Shown: in pieces, positions 25,901 to 38,660 of the stretch | Position numbering within the stretch: position 1 is the stretch's first letter | How the letters are laid out: the number at the start of each line of letters is the position of its first letter | The notes under the pieces: model-generated | What the model was told of the DNA's origin: nothing | Database searches by the model: none | What the model saw: the letters and a program-made list of their open reading frames with translations, nothing else | DNA from: Neodothiora populina | Lineage: Eukaryota | Length of the DNA: 64,000 nucleotides | Direction: 5' to 3' | NCBI RefSeq assembly: GCF_041146345.1 | Contig: NW_027191404.1 | Span: 1,426,001 to 1,490,000, forward strand | Made by a program: the position numbers and the translations under genes

Positions 25901-27599
25901 GGATAATACCATTTCGGTGCCGGTTCGCCATAGCAGGTGTCATAATGATCAGCAAACATCAGACAGGATTGCTTCGGAATTCATCTCCGAGATAATGAGC
26001 ATGAATCAGGTATGCATAACCCGACTTGAACCAATAGGTACATGGAAGATCCCTGAATTGTATGGTGGCTACATGCCGTAGCACCTCGATTTGATATACG
26101 CACAGATATGGTGCGGTAGTACAAAGATGCCACGCGCGCGCCGCAGGTCGTGATATCTCAAGAGCCTTATTTATCATGTTTCAAGTAGTTCAACACAGCT
26201 GCACGGCAACGTGCAGAGTTCGGTTCTCGCACCATGGACAGCGCTGACTCAACAAGTGCAGTTGTCGTGTATCAATCACCAGCTTAAATTCACATGGAAT
26301 CGGAATGCTTTCCATCATAGGGCAAGTCGAACCCGCTTCCTGTCGGCGATGTGCAGGGAGTGTAGCACTCTATTCCCTTCCTCGATGCATGTTCACCTCT
26401 GAAGACGGATTCCATTACTGACACATGATCAGTGCAATGCAAGTGTCAGTATCAGGAGGCGTCGGAGCTCGAGTCCCTCGGTGACCTTATCTTTCAATAA
26501 AATCGACGTTACAGCACCAATAATACAGCACTGAGGTCTGGACTTCCAGCAAGTCTTGTCCAAGCGGAATCAAACTCCGAAACAAAAGCCCTTGCACACG
26601 AATAAGTCGACGCGAACTGAGGTACCGTACAGAAAGTACTGCAAAGCGAGCCAAGCTAGGCGCTTTGCCGCACTTAGCATAAGAGCAGACATAAGCGATA
26701 ACGTGTCAGTCGCCAAGCACGTTGTGTACACTATGCTCTATGCGGGTTCATCTTTCACAAACACATGATACCAATGGTCCAGATCGCATACTACCGTAGT
26801 TTTCTCCGCTCCATCGACGATGACAGTAAAGCGTTGCCCTAATCCTGTCGCGACCCATGCTAAACGCAATATTTGTTCATTTGCTCTGGTATTGCACGAC
26901 TCATCATCTCGATGATCGCGAGAGGTGCTCCTTACTTCCCGGAGCATTTCACTCACGGTATCGAAAGCCCTCTTACGAACCTAGCTGCTACATCAGGACT
27001 ATGCCGTACTAAAGTTCCAAGACTTCTCCATTGGCATTTGGTAGCCATTGGGCGAGGTTTCCGCGTTAGAATAGGAGAGCGCGATGTGATTCTGCCAGTC
27101 CATGTATCTGAGGTCCTCGACACAGAATGTAATGCCAAGCCACACAAGCTATGGTGAAGTCAATGTCTCTCGTCTCAGTTCTCCTGTACCAAAACTTGGA
27201 GGCTGAGGCCAGACCCTCATCGAGGCAGCTGTTCACACTAACCCGGCCCCCAATTGCATCCTAGTCAAAACATCCGTGTTGCCATGTTGAGATTCGGGCA
27301 CCCGCCTCGATCAAAGGAGGTGACAGTTCGCCACGCCTAGCCATTGTACCGCTTAGCCGCTTGCGTACACCCCTCGCCCTTTTAGTAAGTATGATACAGT
27401 ACCTTAGAGTCGATCATGAACGAAAGGGCCTACCTTACTTGTGTTGCTGTTTCTTCTCGGACACTTGCATCATTGAATGCTAGAGGCGGCCCATCATTGT
27501 GCGTGGAAGGCAATTGGCGAATTTTATCACTATATGTTGCTTTGCATGCTCCTGTCGATTGAGAAGCCATTCTCTAGTGCTGCACAGAAATCTTAAAAG

Positions 27600-28350
27600 A
27601 TGGAGCGCAACTACCGGCCAATATTACCCACGAAGACATCGTCTGGTTCCGACACCCACTCGACGCCGCCCAACCATGACACTGGTATCGAAACTCGAAG
27701 GAAGCGACAGCAGATCATCGTTGCTTGTAATGCCTGCCGCAAGAGAAAAACAAAGGTATTTAGCTATGCTTGTCTCTCCTCTCGCTCCTTCATTTTCTTG
27801 TCCTCACCTTTCGCTCGTCTGCGGCCTTTTCGAACTCAAAGGCATTCCTGATTCGCTCCAGTGCGATGGACATAGGCCAGTGTGTTTATCATGCAGTCAC
27901 AAGAAGACGACATGCTCCTGGACTGCAGATCCAGATGCTCCACCGATCGTTGCCTTGAAACGCAAATACGATGTATTGAAAGAGCAATCGCAACTTTCGC
28001 GTGATCTCATAGAGATGTTGAGGACCCGACCAGAAGGCGAAGCCTTGGAGATCTTGCGATGGCTCAGGCAAGAGCATAGCCTTAATTCAGCATTGGACTC
28101 GATCAGGGTCGGCAGAATGACCGAGGATACCGAGTCGTCAACAAATGATGATGACCATGGCGAGATGGAGCAGACTTATGTCTTGCCAACGATCAGTGCT
28201 TCTTCAACGTCTACTACGCTCAATACAGCCAATGTGTATGGATCCGGAGCCACACAGGATGGAGTATTGTCAAGAAAATTCACGAGTGTAGTTCTCACTT
28301 CTACTCTGCCAAGGAGGGTCTCGATCCAGGATCTCCTAAATGGAGCCTGA
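27600..28350 (+). CDS. Small Zn(II)2Cys6 transcription factor (~214 aa). Exons 27600-27755 and 27862-28350
   Basis: Spliced ACNACRKRKTK|CDGHRPVCLSCSHKKTTC binuclear cluster, coiled coil, LRTRPEGEALEILRWLR segment, C-terminal VSIQDLLN. Confidence 0.88.
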
Positions 28351-29810
28351 GTGGTTGCGATCGCACTCAACAGCGCAAGCCTACGAGCAGTCTCGTCGAC
28401 TATCTGGGATAGGCATAATCCATCTTTTCTCCATACAACCCATTGCAGGAGGGACAAAAGTCGTGCTTTGCTATTTGGAGCTAAGCGGCGGAACGACTAT
28501 GATCGGTCTTCCGCAAGAAGACCATGATACCAAGCTGTCAACAACGTGTTGGTCCCTCGGAATACTTCATCGCACCTAGGGAAACCAACAGCTTGGTATT
28601 CGGACTTGTCAGAGACACTTTCAGCATTGCGCAGTCTAAGTAGGCTCCCTTCATTACCGCCGATCGTCATCGTGACATTGACAAGCCATGGGTGCACTGT
28701 GTGAGTTCTCCAGGAAGTCATTCCATTTCCAGGCAACTGATGATCTAGACTCATAGCTTGCAAATCCGAAACTGCACCATCCTTCCGCTAGGAATGTCAC
28801 CACCAGCGGTATCAGCCAGGAATGCATGTTGTCTCACTATTCAACCGTTTTCGGATGACAGAGTAGCTTCGATAGCTTGCACTGCAAGGTCTGGAGAAGA
28901 TACCGGAATAGAGCGTACTTGGTCCCGAATGGCCTGTATCCCCGGAACAATTCTGACTGGCTTGATCGACCAGTCCTGCATCATCATCGCAACTCATTGG
29001 AATGGTTCTGCCCTGGTTCGTCCTGGCCCTATGCAATGCGATGGAGCCTGTAGAGCTCTGAAAGAGGGCGATACAAGCAAGGTCCCAACCGTAGATTTTG
29101 TCCCTGGGGATATGTACCTTTCTCGACATGACTGGTCTGCAGAAGTTGTGGTGTCGCGATGCCGCAAACACACCAAAAGTCCACAACTACTTACATCGCG
29201 CGTATTGTCACAAGCAGTATACCTGCATTCTTGTCGTGCAGAGAAGTCATATTCGGATCATACAGAGGACCATGCAATGCAATCATGGGTCACTTCAGAC
29301 ACAGTGAGTCGCGCACAGTTCCCTGGGTTTACTAGAATACTTTCGATAGTCACACATAAACATTGTACAGGAGAACTACCTAGCGTACCTACATAATCCA
29401 TGATACAGACGTGGCGCACCGGTCATTTGCATCCTGTATCCTCGGTTAACTCCAGCCGATGCGCCCCCCCCTTTTATGCGCAGAGATGTGCTGAATGCTT
29501 CCGAATCTCTTACTCGATGATTACTCGATAAATATCGAGTAATTCTAATGCTAACGATGTGAACGCCGTACAAGGTTCAGGGTCTGCGTAAGTTTTCCTC
29601 GAAACACCGGAAACAGCCGGTGAGTGTTTGTAGAGCAAGAAGGAGCACGAAGACCTTCCCTTTCGGTGAACTATGTAGTGCTCTAATCGCTGTATAAGAG
29701 AGGTGATGCATACCTATCAAAATCAAGCCACAGCAGATCCCAGGCTACAACAATGACAGCAACTACCTAAGTTATACACAGTAGCATCAACACAACCGAC
29801 CAAGGAGCTA

Positions 29811-30195
29811 ATCTTATCAGGACTCGGCTGCAGACGACCGCCAAGAAGTGGATAAACCCTCTCTCCGGACCCGGCCGACCTCATCCCATCGTTTTCCTTA
29901 TCAGTGGCCCCAATGATTCGTCCGCCTCGACACGTGTTGAACTCTCCGTGGTTTTGATCGAGTAATAAGTTCACCCTGGTCGTCAATTGACTGTGCAAGA
30001 GGAGCAATGTTCAGCTGGTCACGGCAAAGAGAGTGCTTGATGACGGCTACTTTCAACGACGCACAATGTCACTTCAGGACGTAGCAGTTATGTTGAGAAG
30101 GCTCTAGCAGCGTCAGGTATTGTTTCATTCTGTGCACCACTATGATCCCGGTGGATCTTCCGCGCTCAGATAAGGTAAGGACGGATACCCGATAC
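29811..30195 (+). promoter_or_regulatory. GATA cluster plus CGG-N6-CCG-type sites upstream of allantoinase
   Basis: CTTATC (29813, 29897), GATAAA (29851), GATAAG (30169); CGG-ACCCGG-CCGA (29866-29878); TCGG-CTGCAG-ACGA (29824-29837). Confidence 0.5.
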
Positions 30196-30479
30196 CCCAC
30201 GTTGTCAAGTGATGTCTGAGCGGTCTAGTGGGAATAATAATAGGGTGTTTTCTAAAGCCACTCATACCATAAGTCATTTCTCTTCCTTTTCCTCTTCTTC
30301 CTCACCTACACTATCCCTCCATAGTAGAGAACGACTCAGCTCTGGCTCCACAAGTATTTTATCCCCTGAAGATTTACCGCTGACAGAGAACATCCTCTGT
30401 GATCTCCTCATAACAGCATTACTTGACATCCGCAAGAGTGCCGGTTTTGTGTTTCTGGGATAAACAGTAAACGCACAAT

Positions 30480-32072
30480 ATGGTTCCTCATGCTACGGAG
30501 GGGTCGAGAGTTTCCTCGTCTACCGGGAACGACATCACCGTTCTTGCTTCATCTAGAGCCGTCGTCGGAAACAGGGAAAGCGCTGCAACCATTGTAATCT
30601 CTACCGTCACTGGCAAAATACAGTCCATATATCACTCGGTTTTGGACCCTTCGTTCTTCCCACCAGGCACACCATATGTCGACCATTCACCGCATATTCT
30701 CATCCCCGGACTTGTAGACGCACATGTTCACCTTAACGAGCCGGGAAGGACGGAATGGGAAGGATTTTGGACTGGAACAAGAGCTGCTGCATTTGGAGGT
30801 GTGACTACCGTTGTGGACATGCCCTTGAACGCCATTCCTCCAACCACCACACTGGCTGGCTTCGAGGAGAAAATCGCAGCTGCGCAAGGGAAGTGTTGGG
30901 TCGATGTGGGATTCTATGGTGGGATAGTGCCAGGGAACGCGGCAGAACTGAAGCCGTTGGTGAAGAAAGGTGTTAGAGGCTTCAAGGGGTTCCTTATCGA
31001 CAGTGGTGTAAGTGTTTTTGTTAACAGGCCATGCTGGTTGCAACCTTGCTAATCCGGCCTCTAGGTCGATGAATTTCCCGCAGTTTCAGCAGACGATATC
31101 ACAAAAGTCTTCGAAGAGCTAGCCGATGAGCCAACGACAGTCATGTTTCATGCAGAGATGATCCCTCCTGTCACACAATCCGTTGGCGACGATGTACAGT
31201 GGTCTTTACCGCCTCTTGAACCGACCGGACCTTTGGATGTCTATCAGACCTTCCTCGATTCCCGGCCCTCATCATTCGAGCTGTACGCGATCCTGGAAAT
31301 TCTTAGCCTCGCACACCTAGCGCCGAACCTACCTCTTCACATTGTGCATCTGTCAGCCGTAGAAGCCATTCCCCTGCTACGAGAAGCTCGAGCCAAGGGT
31401 GTGCAAATCACGGCTGAGACGTGTTTCCATTACCTCTCACTCGCCGCTGAAGCGATCGAGAAAGGTGACACCAGGCACAAGTGCTGTCCACCTATCCGCA
31501 GCCAAAGCAACCAAGACGGTCTGTGGAAAGAGATGTGTCGTTCAGACAACAGTTGCATCAAGACCATCGTTTCAGACCACTCTCCTTGCACACCAAACCT
31601 GAAACTGCTACCAGCGCACGTTGCAGGTGCGGTGCCAGCGGCGGAGGCTAGCAAGGATGTGGACGGCGATTTCTTTGCTGCTTGGGGCGGCATCAGCAGT
31701 GTCGGACTAGGTCTCAGCATTCTTTGGACCGAAGCACAGTCGCAGTCACGGAACATTACGATAGAAGAGATCGTGCAGTGGTGCTGCAAGAACACCGCGA
31801 TACAAGTTGGCCTCGAGGACCGGAAAGGAGAGCTCGGTGTAGGCTTTGATGCCGACATTGCCGTATTTGATGATACAGCCGAGTTTGTTGTTCAGCCTAG
31901 CACAATGCTCTTCCGCAACAAATGTAGTCCTTATCAAGGCAAGACCATGAAGGGCGTGGTCAAGGAGACCTGGCTTAGAGGCAGAAAGATACACACAAGG
32001 GCAGAGGGTTTCGTTGAAAAGACGGGTCCTCAAGGAGAACTGCTACTCGAACCTAGGGTGAAGATCCAATGA
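30480..32072 (+). CDS. DAL1: Allantoinase (amidohydrolase). Intron 31008-31064
   Basis: PGLVDAHVHLNEPGRTEWEGF, AAAFGGVTTVVDMPLN, GFKGFLIDSG|VDEFP, FHAE, HIVHLS, ETCFHYL, KCCPPIR, VSDHSP, AWGGISSVGLG. Confidence 0.95.
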
Positions 32073-32478
32073 TTCGGACCTGTATAACGCACATATTCAC
32101 GTAGTACCCAAAAGACTGCGGTACGAACAGGCAGCAGCTTCGAAAGACCAAAAATAAAACGAGAGCATGATTACACGTCGTCAAGACTTTTGCCTTCTTC
32201 ATATTATGTCGCCGTAATTTTGCTATGTTGCTTTGACCCCACCTTGTGAGCGCGGAATGGCTCCGTTCCTACCTTGTGCATCGAGCTCTCCCGTATCGTG
32301 ATAAGCAAGAGTACCCCGGAATGGTGAATCCTACGGGACGAGGAGTCAAACTATAAAGATGCAGAGCAGCTTCGTGGGTCGCCCTTGGTATGTGATATTT
32401 CTGCCTCCTTTACTTCATGATAAGACAGCTCATCAGTATCCTTTCTTATTGTCATCTGATTGTGGTACGTGAGAAGCC

Positions 32479-34166
32479 ATGTCGCGCACATCAATTGAGC
32501 TACATTCTATGCCCACGAAGGTTGACTCGGCACCCAAAAGCGTAGGAAGTCTGACATCTTTGGCGCCAATTGATCGGGAATCGCAGGCGCGGGATGGCGA
32601 TGATGAGCAAGGAGCGGCAGCAGAGGCCTCGTTGCCAGCACCGGTGACTTCGAAGAGTGGAACTCTGATCATCATTCTCTCGACTACTCTTGTCACGGGT
32701 ATCGGGTCCATGCTTAATGGCATGGTCACTGTGTCACTTCCTCAATTGACCATTGATCTAGAGATACCCGGAGCTTTGCAACTATGGTGAGCTTTTCTCG
32801 AAGCGCAGCAGTAATGCGATTAGTAATGACATAAGCCAGGCCTTCTTCCATCCAAGCATTGACATGTGGTTGCACGCTTCTGCTGTCTGGAAGTCTCGCA
32901 GATACACTTGGTAGCAGGTTGATGTACTTGACTGGCTGTGTCCTGCAAGCTGGCTTTGTGTTGGGCTGTGGCCTTTCGAAGACCGCGACGGACTTAATAC
33001 TCTTCCGGGCTCTGTCTGGTGTATCGCTGTCGTTCTGTCTACCAAGCGCTGTGAGCATCATTACTGGATCATTCAGCGGAAGCAGGAGAAATGTAGCCTT
33101 TGCTACTATGGGAGGGGGTCAGCCTGTTGGCTTCGCGATTGGACTGACCCTTGGTGGTGTGCTGACAGAAACCATCGGTTGGAGGGTCGGATTCTATATT
33201 GCTGCAGCTATCAATGCAGTCATCTTCGCTATCGGTTTCTTTGGCTTGCCTAAAAACACTACACGACCTGACGGGCTGGCGCTCACATGGCACCAGAAGT
33301 GGGAGCGAGTGGCCCACGAGATTGATTGGGTGGGTGCTATTATCGCTAGCACCTCGCTCGCCATGCTTTCCTACGTCTTTGCCAGCATCACGGGAAGTAC
33401 GAGCAATATACGAGAGCCGTCCAGTATCGCCTTGCTCAGTACGGCATTTGCACTCATACCTTGCTTCATCGTGTGGGTTGGTAGACAAGAACGCCTTGGC
33501 CGACCAGCTATCATTCCGAACTCACTCTGGCGCACGCGAACGTTTACAACCATCTGCCTCGCTGTGTTCATGACGTGGGGCGCGTTCAATGCTCAGGAGA
33601 CCATTACGACATTCTTCTTCCAGCACGCACAGCATCTGACCCCAATCCAGGCGTCGATACGCTTCTTGCCAGCGCCTGTGACAGGAGTGGCTGCCAATGT
33701 GTTGATAGGCCTGCTGGTGTCGCGCGTAAGAGCAGACGTACTGGTTGCGGGAGCATGTTTCATCGCCTGTTTCTCTGCCGTTCCGTTGATCACTGCCAGC
33801 CCTGGGTCGAGCTATTGGAGTTCGGCTTTCATTGCCAACATACTCTTGCCAATAGCTCCGGATTCACTGTTCACAATTTCTAATCTTGTCATCACGTCTT
33901 CCTTCCCACCCAAGACTCAAGGATTGGCAGGGGGTGTCTTTAACACTATCAGCCAGATTGGTAAGAGCGTGGGCTTGGCATTGGTTGCTGTTATTGCCAG
34001 CTCGGTCACAAGGAAGTCGGACTATGCCGACAAGAAGGACGCAGAGGCGTTGATGGTAGGTTACAGGGCAGCGTACTGGTATTGCTTTGCCAGCAGTGTT
34101 GTGACATTACTTCTGGTATCATGGGGTCTTCGCCGGATAGGCAAGGTTGGACACAAGAGAGACTGA
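32479..34166 (+). CDS. MFS transporter (DHA2/Atr1-like, ~14 TMS). Intron 32787-32839
   Basis: LQLW|PSSIQALTCGCTLLLSGSLADTLGSR motif A, FRALSG, GWRVGFY, IDWVGA, QGLAGGVFNT..QIG. Confidence 0.9.
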
Positions 34167-34619
34167 GGTGAGTCTTGCTGCTGCATCTATGGATTGGAAG
34201 AAGGGGTCAATCCTCTGCACGAGTCGAGAAGTCTGACCAGACATAGAAAAGTTGTATCAACAATTCAATGTAACACAAAGTGAGGCTCGAAGACTGAAGC
34301 AATTATAATTGTAGAGATTAAGAGATTAGATTGTGCAGTAAGCAAGAACATGCGGGTAGATCCGCCAGCAGCGAGGTCAGAGCGCGGATGGGGTTGGCTG
34401 CAGCGAGTACCTTCCGTAAGTAAGTCGTAGCTGCCCTGTGAGCCTGTGTCTGTCCGTACCTGAACTTGAACCGTCATCACACGCCTCCCAAACTTCATCA
34501 ACACCACGCCTGCACCTTCACCACCGCATCTGATCCCACCCCATCAAATCTGCAGAACCACATCGACAGCAAGAACGTAACTAGATACACGACATATCCC
34601 ACCCTCGACTGTAGATAAA

Positions 34620-35494
34620 ATGGCGGAGAAGGAGGTTCAGCAGACGATCCAGCAGTTACACACTCTCTCACCACACAACCTCAGCAATGCATCATCACTG
34701 CTATCGCGTGCAAAATTGTCTCTCCTGAAGCTGAATGCGCTCGTGCCTTCTCCTGAGAATTCCACTCACCACCTCCAACTTGCACGCGAAGTGCTTGAGC
34801 TCGGTGCTCTCATCTCTATTCGACAGAAGGACCCTCAGGCATTCACCAGATACTTCCAGCAGCTCCAACCCTTCTACTCATTACCTGCCGAGCGATGGGG
34901 GAGCCATGACAAGGGTGGCAACAAGAGCAAGGTTACCGGTCTCCATCTCCTCTTGTTGCTCAGTCAAGGCGACTATGCAGGCTTTCACACTGTCATCGAG
35001 AGCTTGGATACGGCATACGGCGGCAAGAAGAAGCTGGATGAAGATGCATTCATTCAATACCCCATGAGACTCGAACAGGCTCTGATGGAGGGAAGCTACG
35101 ATAGAGTGTGGGGTGAGACCAAGGGCGAGAGAGTACCCAGCGAAGAGTTCGCTGTTTTTTCGGAGGTGAGTGTCTGCACGCAGACCACGGCGGATCGCTT
35201 TCTAATCATCAACAGGTCCTTGTCAACACCATTCGCTCCGAGATTGCTTCGTGCAGCGAGCGCGCATACCCTTCGCTGCCAATCGCCAACGCCAAGAACC
35301 TGTTGTTCCTAGATTCAGAGGGCGCTGTCATTCAGTTCGCCCAATCGCGCGGCTGGGTGGCAAAGGAGGGCCGCATATACTTCCCCCAGCAAGCAGAGGA
35401 GATGGCCGAGGGCCAGAAAGACATCCTTGCTGCCAGTGGCCAGGTCATCGAAAACACCTTGGAGTACGCTAGAAAGCTAGAGACTATTGTCTAA
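34620..35494 (+). CDS. RPN12: 26S proteasome lid subunit Rpn12. Intron 35166-35215
   Basis: AREVLELGA, FTRYFQQLQPFY, LEQALMEGSYDRVW, TIRSEIASCSERAYP, NTLEYARKLETIV end. Confidence 0.95.
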
Positions 35495-38400
35495 GGGCAA
35501 TGTTGCATTGCACAATACATGAGGAATTTTGCGTATGAGACGATCAGCATTACATCAGGGAGAAGGCGGCGACGTCTGCGTTCGAACAAGGACTGTGCCC
35601 CCCCAATTACATACCACAGGCCTGATCTCCGACGTGCTGATGAAGTGAAAGTAGCATGCTAAACTTTCACTCTTCCGCCCATGTACTTCTTTTCTCATAC
35701 GTAATCCACGATATTCTTCTTGCAAAGAAGAAGAAGCTCTCTCATTGACCCTGTCTGGCAACAGAGACAAGTGGAGAGCTTACACAGGCTCACGAGGACC
35801 CCCAGCATATAATATTACAGAGGGCTACCTGATATGCGATAGCAACCACGCTTAGATAGCTTCTTCATATATATTACGTCTTCCGGGCTGCGTCCGATGG
35901 TGCCGAACGAATCATGCGACGTGTTTACCTAAGGTAGTTACAGTGCCGGGGCGCTCCCCTTCTATCACCCTAGATCGCAGTGCCTCAAGTATACTTGTAG
36001 TCTTTCTACACGGCTCTGCGCTCAAATCAATGTGAGCTCGCTTGCCTGCTGGCCGAGGTAGGTTCTGCCGTTCTTGCTTAATCAGGTAGCTTGGAAGGTC
36101 ACGTCTGGAAGCTCATATCGAAGCACTTGGACGACCACTTCGTATACGTCTCGGACACAGATCAGCTACCACACTGCAGTCACGGCACTCTCGGAAGTGA
36201 TTTACAGTGATTGCCGTAAGGGACAAGGTACCATGCAGCACATTCCGCATCTGCATGTAACTACGACTTGATCGTTGGGGGTATCATTACTGTAGAGTGA
36301 TCATACTTGTTTGTACGAAGTGATGCGACAAGCCAAGGTAGCTAAAGTACACATATATCTCCACCGTGCATAGCCCCCAAGTGGCATGCTACTGCAACCA
36401 CTTGCCGTCTTCACATTGGCAGGTGCCGACCTAGCCACAATAGCCCGAGCAGAGCAGTGGAATATTCTCACACCTTCACAGATCCGAGGAGGCATAAAGC
36501 ACCAGAGCAAAGCGTATTTTTAAGCATCCTCTCGCGAAAAACGGCTTCTGATACACAGACACGAGATACCATGCTGGATCGACAGGAGCCCTTGAGAATG
36601 TCACGAAGAGGCATATAGTATAGACCTTCGTGATCGACATATTAGTCCTGTGTTATATAGCTTCGATCAAGCGCGAGTCGACGGCGGCTAAGGTGATTCA
36701 AGAACATCCTCATACTTGATTGACACTTGCTTGCGGTCGCGTCCACCAAGGTACCTTATCCACATGGGTGCTTTAGGTATTGCGTTGGGTAAGGTATTCG
36801 ATGATCACAGTGGAATCATGTAGGTAGGTTCAGTTAAAGGAAGACTTGGCCAAAGCGTGTAGATTGTTGATGACGGGATCGGCGTCGATTGATTGGCCGG
36901 CCCCTCAGATTGCCAAGGCAGCTTCTCCTCCCACAGGCTTCAACCTCCGCAAAGGGACAGCTTCATCACAGTTCGATCACTAACCGTCCTTCTTTGGTCG
37001 ATCCGATAATCGACCGCCTTACTCATCGTCTCGTTCACGCGAGGCAGATTGCTACTGTACCTTGCTTCTCAGACACCAAAGCTTCTACATAGCGCATACT
37101 TTGACACTAGGGTGATTGGAGCTTGTTGTGATTCTACAACGCCACATACTCACGATCAACAACTTGCGCGTCCAGCTGTCCCAAGCCAGCTATCCGAACG
37201 CGCGTGGATACTCGAGGTTAGTCTTCCATCACAGTCCCACTTCGAGCCATATATGCGCTTTGCGCATGTGCGCATATACGAATGCAGAGAGTGGGCAATT
37301 CGGGGGCCTCTGGATCAGATCGGCCATGGTCAGGAGAGCGCGAGAGACACAGAGAGAGATAAAGTGGGCAAATGGGCTGTACGGGATCTATGCGCCATGA
37401 ATCAGTGGGCTCGAGGCATGCGCCGCAATCGGTCTTTGCAGTACCGCCACAAGTCATGGCGAGGATGAGAGCATGAAAGCACGAGGGCCGGTTCTGAGAG
37501 CGAGAACGAGACACTGTGATCATCGGCGATACTATTGCTGCAAGGCGTCCATCCGCGGCCCGCTCGAGGTGCGAGCTTGACTTTGGCCTCGAGGTCTCCT
37601 CTCGATGAGCCCGCAGACCCTGTGCAGCCGCGTTTCCCCCCTCAATACTCGAGTAGCGTCGTAGACAGCCCCTCAATTGCCCATACCTCAATTCACAAGC
37701 CCAGTTCTCTGCTCGTGACTGGCTGAAACTAGCTGCTCACGCGTGGATTAGGACGAGCCCACACCCTGGTCAATCTGAGCCTTCCCTCAGCTGTGGTGTT
37801 CGTGCACACGACGACCGCGCCTGCTTCTTCCGGCGACCTATTGCCGTTAAACAACCTCAACACCCCGATCTCACACTATGGGTATGATTCCAATTCTGCA
37901 GTTCCCTTTTCTTATCACGACCTGTCTTTTTGTTTGTGGTCGACTCTTGCCTTGATTTTGCCTCTGATAGCTCGACTGCTTGGAGACGTTTCCGCTTACT
38001 CTCGCCCGTCAATAGCAGATTCGGATTCCTATCGTCCGCGCGACAGCGTAAGTCACATAGAACCTTTCTTAATCTCCATCACTCCCCTATCGCACACAAT
38101 TTTTCAAGCTCTGCGTGGGCAGAGCATTACGGGCCTGGATTGGAACGACCACCCTGGAACAAGAGCGAGGTATGGCTTCGCCGAACCACTACGGATCGCT
38201 GCAAGGACCTGGACTGGCTGGCAACACCGATCAAGAGAAATTGCTTTGACCTTGATATGTGGATCATACCGACATTGCTCAGGCAGTGCGTTGGTTGGCA
38301 TTGACACGTGGGTCTGGGGGCTGAAGGATGGGTGACGGGACTTGCATTCGCGACCGAGGCGGATGTCAGTCCGCGCGAAGGACGCCCCAGAAATAGTTGC

Positions 38401-38660
38401 CAACAGCACCGCGACCCACTGTTTAGTCACACTGCAGTGATTGCGAGGCGCAGGACAGACGGTCACTTGTTGCGCTGCATCTCACTTCACTCGCGCGCAG
38501 CCCCGCATCCGAATTGATACGTCTATTGTTCTCTTAATTCACACCTCAGCTGCCATCATTGCGATTCCCAGGCAACCACTCGGCGCAAAGGAGTTGCGCA
38601 TCACACTCGACCCTCGCTGCTTCATCACACTCTGGAAGCCACCTCACCTGCTCAACCCAG

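Noticed and set aside
23150..27160. Many short ORFs (up to 172 aa) as a possible gene or transposon relic
   Set aside because: No recognisable domain, terminal repeat, target-site duplication or consistent exon chain.
28758..29396. 212-aa ORF after the Zn2Cys6 gene as a possible extra exon
   Set aside because: TTG start, no TF middle-domain features and no convincing splice link.
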